DNA of 20,000 nucleotides from an uncultured virus (IMG/VR IMGVR_UViG_3300017768_000003) (lineage: Duplodnaviria; Heunggongvirae; Uroviricota; Caudoviricetes), in IMG/VR virus record IMGVR_UViG_3300017768_000003; one strand, written 5' to 3'. Each line of letters starts with the position of its first letter. The stretch's first letter is position 1. Positions 14,624 to 20,000 of this stretch are shown in pieces. Below the pieces are notes generated by a model. The model worked only from the letters and a program-made list of their open reading frames with translations, was not told the origin of the DNA and did no database searches. The position numbers were made by a program, and so were the translations under genes.

Positions 14624-17600
14624 TTAACAACATTCTCCTTCGCCATGTCTGTTCGCAAAGAAATTATAACAAGGGTTGTCTGAATGTGTACATCCTGTTA
14701 TTGTATTTCGATTTACATGCCAGGGTGCACCTGAGGCTGAGAACGTACAACCATTATTATCTGTAACGTTGACTCTAATATAATTTTTGTTAAAATTTGT
14801 CTGTACAGTTAGGCCTGCTACTTCACTTATTGTTGTATTTATTGGAGCTCCTCCCTGACCACCACCAGCGTAACCTGGACTAGCTGTTGCATGGTGATTA
14901 CTACTTGATAGCCATGTATGTGTATATGGAGATTGGCCAGCATAAGAACTTGCATTACAAGCTCTTATTGTTGATGTACCTCCTTCTTTATACCAGCAAC
15001 CAGGTCCTAAATCAGTACATACACCACTACCACCAGTACAAGTGGAAGCACAGCTTTCGCTACCTCCACCAGTTCCTGATGTTTCTGCATAAGAAAGAGT
15101 ACACAGCTGCTGCCAAAAAGGTATGCCATAAGGACCATTTCCAGAACTACCTGACCAACTAAATGTATAAGGTGGTGTACCTCCTTGCATAATTATTCTA
15201 GCTCCAGCTTGTGCGTATTCATCCCAAACAGATGTAGTTGGGTGGACAGTCTCTCTAATTTGAAATATGCCTGATAATGGTGCGTCAACAGCGTTACCCA
15301 TTGTTAACAATTGAGCTATAGCACAGCCATTTGCGTCTTGTACTAAACCATAAATTTGTGTGTTAGGTAATATAGAGCTTGTTATAACTTCTGCATTATT
15401 ACTACTAACATAATAGTTTGAACCAAGTTGCACACCTGCAGTTGTCCACCAAGAATAAGTAAAAGGAAATGCAGCTGATGTTCCACCGTTTGCCATCATC
15501 ATAAATGAACCTGTTAAGCAAACTTGAAGATTATCACCTTCTTCATAAACATTTGTACTATAGCTTCCATACGTACCTGGGTTCATGAATTCATCTTGAA
15601 ACAGGCTGTCAACAAATCCTGACAAACTTGCTGTTGGATATTCACCGTCTTTATATCTGCAACAGGGCTCTGTTACAGTAAATGTTACGTCAAAATCATC
15701 ACATTCATAACAAGAACCATCATCGCATGTTGCTAATGGGTCATAATTACTTGCAGTTGGTTCAGTACATCCATAATAACAATAGTCACAACATTTGCCT
15801 GGTGGTGTATTGACACCTGAATTAACCATTGATTGTGTTGTATTTCCATCACCTACTGTTTCATCGCAAGGACATGTTGCATTTGAATTATAATTTACAG
15901 CTGTGTTGTCCATACATCCATAAATACAATATGTGCAACTTCCACTACACGTTGCTAATGGATTATAATTAAGCGCATTTGAGTCTTGACAACCATAAAC
16001 ACAAAATACACAACTACCATCATCCCATATAGCATCTGGATTATAATTTATTGCAACTGAACTAGTACATCCACCTACACCACAAGAGCCGTGAGTTTCC
16101 TTACAATTTTCAAATCCTACATATAAGCCATTTTCTAACATAAGCCAACCTGATAGTAAATCATTCCAAATATCTGAGTCATATGTTTCAACTCTTGTCA
16201 TATGAGGATAAAGCGAGCCTGTATGTGTTGCCGAACAATCACTAGAGCTGTTTATTGAAAAATGATAATCATCATCGTATGTCCAGTTATAGTTTGTAAT
16301 ATCTTGTGCTGAGTTTGATGGATATGTATCTGAATATCTTTCTATTGATGTAAGATATACAAATCCTGACGTTTGTGAATTACCTGGTATTATATCAGCA
16401 CACTTTATAAATGCTACATCTCCTTGATTTTCAAAGCTTGACGAGCTAACATACATTTCTGCTGGAGTCCTTGATGTCAATGAGTGTGGCCACATACCTG
16501 AATTGTTTGGTGAAGGCAAACCTGCCATGCTTTGTGTTGCAGAAGGAAACAAAGGATTATATGAAAACAATCGAAGTAGTGCTCCTGCTGTAAATGAATA
16601 TCCATCTGAAAATGTTAGTCTATATCTAGCTGCAGAACCCGATTGGCCATGCTGAGGTATGTTTATCCAATTTTCTAGTGATATACATTCACATGTAGAT
16701 TTTTTTATTTTTCTATCTGCACCATCATGAAATTCAAGAAACGCAGGAAGTCTATTACCTAAACCACTACTTTGTCTAAAAAATTCACTATAAGTACTAC
16801 CACCTGTTGTATGGTCAATATTTATATATCCTGGCCCAACTGTAAATTGTAATGGATGTGTATCTCCAAAATCGTCAGCACTCATTGATATTGACTGGCT
16901 CCATATATAAAATGCGTAATCATCGTTGTCTGTTTCTTCTTTTAGATTCAATGCTGATAGGTTTTCTATCTTCCAATCATTTGTTATAAATACAGAGTTG
17001 CTTATATACGGGCCCCATCCTGATGCATCTTTTACCCATAAAACAGATTCATAAAACCTGTTATCGTACCAAGTAATACCTGCAGTTTCTGTACCAGCTT
17101 GTGTTTTATATTCGCCAGTTATATATCCCCAACCTTGAGTATTATCATAGCTTTCCGTTGTCCAAGGGTCAAATATAGTATCTTGAAATTCTGCATGACT
17201 TCCATCTGACTTACTTATATTTAAGTCTATTCTGTCTAAGCCATTCAACCTCCACCCTGAAGACTGAGTACATACTGAAGATGTAAACTGCATTGCTGGG
17301 TCACCAATAACAAGGCTATAACTAGCTGTTACATGTTGAGAATAATGGTTTATGGCATATTGCAAAGCTTGACCTACTGAGTGTACTCCAGCTGGCATAT
17401 AATATGGAAATGCTCCAGAAGATGATGTAGTAAACCAGTTAGGATGATTAGTATCTATCAATGGTACTGTTGACATAGAAATATGTAGTAGTCTAGCGCT
17501 TGGCCAATAACCATCATCTCTAGTACCTGATACAAATGAAGCTGTTGCATATTTGTCTTCGTTAAAAAATAATTTTGTTAGAACTCCATTGGTATATGCA

Positions 17601-18022
17601 AATTGACTACCACTATAAGATGTGCCAGCATTAGCAGTTCTGTTATGTAATATAATACTGTCACCTTCTTCCATCAAAAAGAGGTCAGAGCCTGTATACA
17701 GATATTCTCTTTCATAACAAGTTTTACATTCGCTACCTGAATAAGCATAAGTTGAATGTGTGGTGTTAACTATAAACTGTGTGTTTTTACTAATACCACT
17801 ATTTATTTCAGCAAATGTGTGCATGTTCGGGCCTGCTGGACCTCTCATCCAAAATCTAGTATCTGAACCTATTGTTGAATATAATAATGTTGCTCCTCTT
17901 GTAAACAACTTTGGGTCATGACCATACCTTGCACTTTGATAATGCATAGAATGACTAAAAAAGTTTTTCTCATTAGGAATTATTGGATTTGTGTTCGCAA
18001 CTGGTTGAGTTGGTGCTGCCAT
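14624..18022 (-). CDS. large S/T/G/C-rich probable virion/adhesin protein with Hint-like domain, Cys-rich repeats and SprB-like repeats
   Basis: Four GCxxxxAxNY(N/D)xxA...C repeats; GGTPPYTFSW, VQDANGC and VTDNNGC SprB-like motifs; no signal peptide. Confidence 0.75.
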   Translation of the reverse strand: MAAPTQPVANTNPIIPNEKNFFSHSMHYQSARYGHDPKLFTRGATLLYSTIGSDTRFWMRGPAGPNMHTFAEINSGISKNTQFIVNTTHSTYAYSGSECKTCYEREYLYTGSDLFLMEEGDSIILHNRTANAGTSYSGSQFAYTNGVLTKLFFNEDKYATASFVSGTRDDGYWPSARLLHISMSTVPLIDTNHPNWFTTSSSGAFPYYMPAGVHSVGQALQYAINHYSQHVTASYSLVIGDPAMQFTSSVCTQSSGWRLNGLDRIDLNISKSDGSHAEFQDTIFDPWTTESYDNTQGWGYITGEYKTQAGTETAGITWYDNRFYESVLWVKDASGWGPYISNSVFITNDWKIENLSALNLKEETDNDDYAFYIWSQSISMSADDFGDTHPLQFTVGPGYINIDHTTGGSTYSEFFRQSSGLGNRLPAFLEFHDGADRKIKKSTCECISLENWINIPQHGQSGSAARYRLTFSDGYSFTAGALLRLFSYNPLFPSATQSMAGLPSPNNSGMWPHSLTSRTPAEMYVSSSSFENQGDVAFIKCADIIPGNSQTSGFVYLTSIERYSDTYPSNSAQDITNYNWTYDDDYHFSINSSSDCSATHTGSLYPHMTRVETYDSDIWNDLLSGWLMLENGLYVGFENCKETHGSCGVGGCTSSVAINYNPDAIWDDGSCVFCVYGCQDSNALNYNPLATCSGSCTYCIYGCMDNTAVNYNSNATCPCDETVGDGNTTQSMVNSGVNTPPGKCCDYCYYGCTEPTASNYDPLATCDDGSCYECDDFDVTFTVTEPCCRYKDGEYPTASLSGFVDSLFQDEFMNPGTYGSYSTNVYEEGDNLQVCLTGSFMMMANGGTSAAFPFTYSWWTTAGVQLGSNYYVSSNNAEVITSSILPNTQIYGLVQDANGCAIAQLLTMGNAVDAPLSGIFQIRETVHPTTSVWDEYAQAGARIIMQGGTPPYTFSWSGSSGNGPYGIPFWQQLCTLSYAETSGTGGGSESCASTCTGGSGVCTDLGPGCWYKEGGTSTIRACNASSYAGQSPYTHTWLSSSNHHATASPGYAGGGQGGAPINTTISEVAGLTVQTNFNKNYIRVNVTDNNGCTFSASGAPWHVNRNTITGCTHSDNPCYNFFANRHGEGECC
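15710..16072 (-). repeat. four Cys-rich coding repeats
   Basis: GCTSSVAINYNPDAIWDDGSC, GCQDSNALNYNPLATCSGSC, GCMDNTAVNYNSNATCPC, GCTEPTASNYDPLATCDDGSC. Confidence 0.85.
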
Positions 18023-18738
18023 TAGTAAGAACCTCCATTTGGTATGAAGTTAACATATACACCATTTTCTAACATCAAAGAGCCTATTACTTCACTTGAA
18101 GGGAATTCATTTTGTGGCCACGTTGTTTGAACGCCTGTTATAAACTGGCCAAATCTGGTTTTATTTGATGCTGCAACAACTGTTGTACATGAAGATTGAA
18201 CTTGCTGCTGACCTGGACCAGGGTATGCGCACTTGATTACAGTATCACCTACACTGACAGTATTTACTTTTTTGAATCCAACACCATCAGTTCTAACTAC
18301 TAAAAGACATATCTTCTTTCCTAGCTCTACTTCATATCCATCATCAAATTTGAGATATCTCATTGGAAAGCCAGTTCCTGTAAATTTAGCGTATCCTGCA
18401 AAAGATGTAAGTTGAGTACATGTACAAGTAGGTCTTTTTACAGAAATACTTCCTGTGTAGCCACTTCCTGCTGCAGGTAAAAGAGCAGATGTACCTGAAC
18501 CTGGTATTGTTATAACACCTGAGCCATTTAGCATAGGATTTGCCAATATTTGATTGCCTGTATATAACGAACCATTGTCTGTAGCTCTAAATGACATTGA
18601 TGCGTACATAGGTGTATGCTCATCAGCTACAGTCATTGCACTTGAACTTAAATTTGCTATTGTTTCCCACAATCCTTGAGTTGTTGCAGGACTAGCACAA
18701 GGCTGACCTACTGTTACTGGACCACTACTTATAGCCAT
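18022..18738 (-). CDS. 238-aa protein with degenerate Hint-like domain, paralogous to part of the downstream giant protein
   Basis: YLKFDDGYEVEL...FKKVNTVSVGDTV...LMLENGVYV; TAATG overlap with the 1132-aa gene. Confidence 0.65.
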   Translation of the reverse strand: MAISSGPVTVGQPCASPATTQGLWETIANLSSSAMTVADEHTPMYASMSFRATDNGSLYTGNQILANPMLNGSGVITIPGSGTSALLPAAGSGYTGSISVKRPTCTCTQLTSFAGYAKFTGTGFPMRYLKFDDGYEVELGKKICLLVVRTDGVGFKKVNTVSVGDTVIKCAYPGPGQQQVQSSCTTVVAASNKTRFGQFITGVQTTWPQNEFPSSEVIGSLMLENGVYVNFIPNGGSY

Positions 18739-18741
18739 AAA

Positions 18742-18864
18742 TTAACTCCACATCTTATCGTCTAAATCTGCTTTTACTATTCTTGCCTTCAAAGGCTGAC
18801 CTGTTTCACTCATCAAATATACTATATATTCTTTGTTTCCTATTTCTTTAATTTCAATATACAT
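18742..18864 (-). CDS. micro-ORF (40 aa), not in the ORF track
   Basis: MYIEIKEIGNKEYIVYLMSETGQPLKARIVKADLDDKMWS*; fills the gap with 3-nt spacing on each side. Confidence 0.6.
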   Translation of the reverse strand: MYIEIKEIGNKEYIVYLMSETGQPLKARIVKADLDDKMWS

Positions 18865-18867
18865 AAC

Positions 18868-19341
18868 TTATTTTTCCTCTTTACATGGCTTAATTATTTC
18901 TAAAGTTCCTCCATTTCTTGATTGCAAAAACTTTAATTGTTTTTTATTGAATTCTTCATTACCAGGAACATAATTAGCAGTCTCTTTTCCTACCTCAATC
19001 TGCTTTATCTCAACACCCATAATATCGTGCTGCGGATGTAATTTGTCCCAATAGTTTTGAGGACAATCTTCTGACTTAAACTTTGCCTTTGCTTTTATAA
19101 AACAACCGCAGTCCATACATCTAAGCTTTTCGTGGTTCAAGAATGGACAAGCTCTACACATTGCAAGTCTATCATAATATTGTTCATGTGATACCTGCTT
19201 GAACCCTGATAATATATTTGACCACAAAAATGATAAAAAACTCTTAATATAACCTACCTTAAATATTTTCATTTTTTGCACTTTTTCTGGTAAAGCACCT
19301 ACCAAACCTTCTTTCTTTTTATTTTTGCAATTACAACCCAT
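18868..19341 (-). CDS. Cys-rich protein, DUF6171-like
   Basis: MGCNC N-terminus; RLAMCRACP...CMDCGCFIKAK...CPQNYW. Confidence 0.7.
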   Translation of the reverse strand: MGCNCKNKKKEGLVGALPEKVQKMKIFKVGYIKSFLSFLWSNILSGFKQVSHEQYYDRLAMCRACPFLNHEKLRCMDCGCFIKAKAKFKSEDCPQNYWDKLHPQHDIMGVEIKQIEVGKETANYVPGNEEFNKKQLKFLQSRNGGTLEIIKPCKEEK

Positions 19342-19352
19342 AGTTTTTCCCT

Positions 19353-20000
19353 TTATTTGTGTTTAACGTATTCAACCTTTATTTTTATTTTTGGCTCATA
19401 GCTATCTGGTGTTCTATCATCAATACCAAAAAACTCTGATTTATCTTTATCCATTCTTAATGTCATTTCCAAATCTGTAACATTTAACATTAGCTGACCT
19501 GTTGTAGACAATATATCTTTTTCTGTAGGACTATCTACTTTATCAACATTTCTATAAGGATTGTTTCTCATATTTTTTGCATGCTGCATTGCAAGTCCTG
19601 TTAAAACATCTTGTGGTGATTTTATATTTGATAGCATATCCTGAGCATATTTCCATCTCAGTTCAGATGATTTTTTATTTAATCCTGATGTATATCCTGA
19701 ATCATCATAGTCATAGCCATGATTTGTCCTGACATGATTTTGTTTTCTATTTAATTTTTTTATAATTGGTTCGTGTTCAGAAGTCATTTCTATTGCGTAT
19801 GTATATTTAGGTGTAGCTACAAACGTATGTCCTTTTACACCTACATCTCTTTTATCATCGCCTTTGAAGTTGACTATAGAACTTAATGACTCTGATGCTT
19901 TTTTGAACATAAGAGCTCGTCTTATTTTCTTACCGTCTTCAGAAGGCTTACCTTTTTTCTTTGCTAGTTTCTTTTCTTTTTCATCTGCATTTACCATAAG
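19353..20000 (-). CDS. C-terminal part of an Ntn-hydrolase, peptidase C45/AAT-like (start outside the window)
   Basis: Frame is open to the window edge; YAIE...HVRTNH...SSELRW..A...STT pattern. Confidence 0.55.
   Translation of the reverse strand, partial: LMVNADEKEKKLAKKKGKPSEDGKKIRRALMFKKASESLSSIVNFKGDDKRDVGVKGHTFVATPKYTYAIEMTSEHEPIIKKLNRKQNHVRTNHGYDYDDSGYTSGLNKKSSELRWKYAQDMLSNIKSPQDVLTGLAMQHAKNMRNNPYRNVDKVDSPTEKDILSTTGQLMLNVTDLEMTLRMDKDKSEFFGIDDRTPDSYEPKIKIKVEYVKHK

Noticed and set aside
26..18415. All plus-strand ORFs in the track (e.g. 26-268, 640-912, 4408-4680, 13152-13505, 14887-15162)
   Set aside because: Each lies antisense to a better-supported minus-strand gene and has shadow-ORF composition with no motifs.
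16110..18738. Active inteins
   Set aside because: The TxxH and terminal HN motifs are missing and there is no homing endonuclease; reported as degenerate Hint-like domains instead.
1..20000. Stop-codon reassignment
   Set aside because: Conserved enzymes are full length in the standard code, and TAA, TAG and TGA all end genes at sensible positions.

Overview
AT-rich, densely packed window in which every credible gene is on the minus strand, with many TAATG/ATGA-type stop-start overlaps, A-rich leaders lacking Shine-Dalgarno motifs, and one tRNA-Glu(TTC). It reads as part of a large dsDNA phage genome, probably infecting Bacteroidota. That is inferred from leader style, a TAnnTTTG-like promoter element, and SprB-like and DUF6150-like proteins. 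Recognisable products: a truncated GIY-YIG nuclease, HAD 5'(3')-deoxyribonucleotidase, ATP-dependent DNA ligase, TraR/DksA-like Zn finger, MoxR/CbbQ-type AAA+ ATPase, degenerate SET protein, ParB/Srx-like protein, NAD-dependent epimerase, HTH plus degenerate HNH protein, HExxH-metallopeptidase/VWA protein, a 1132-aa Cys-rich probable virion protein, a DUF6171-like protein and a truncated C45-like Ntn hydrolase. Most notable observations: (i) an 8-copy bipartite promoter motif with invariant 12-bp spacing; (ii) four of those promoters also carry an identical 14-mer with a DnaA-box-like core at helically phased distances, which links the separated AAA+ and peptidase-VWA genes; (iii) a ~99-nt pseudo-symmetric structured RNA candidate abutting the tRNA; (iv) paralogous, apparently inactive Hint-like domains in two adjacent genes; (v) further operator-like sites and about ten micro-ORFs missed by the ORF track. 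All family calls come from motif recognition by eye, not database searches.
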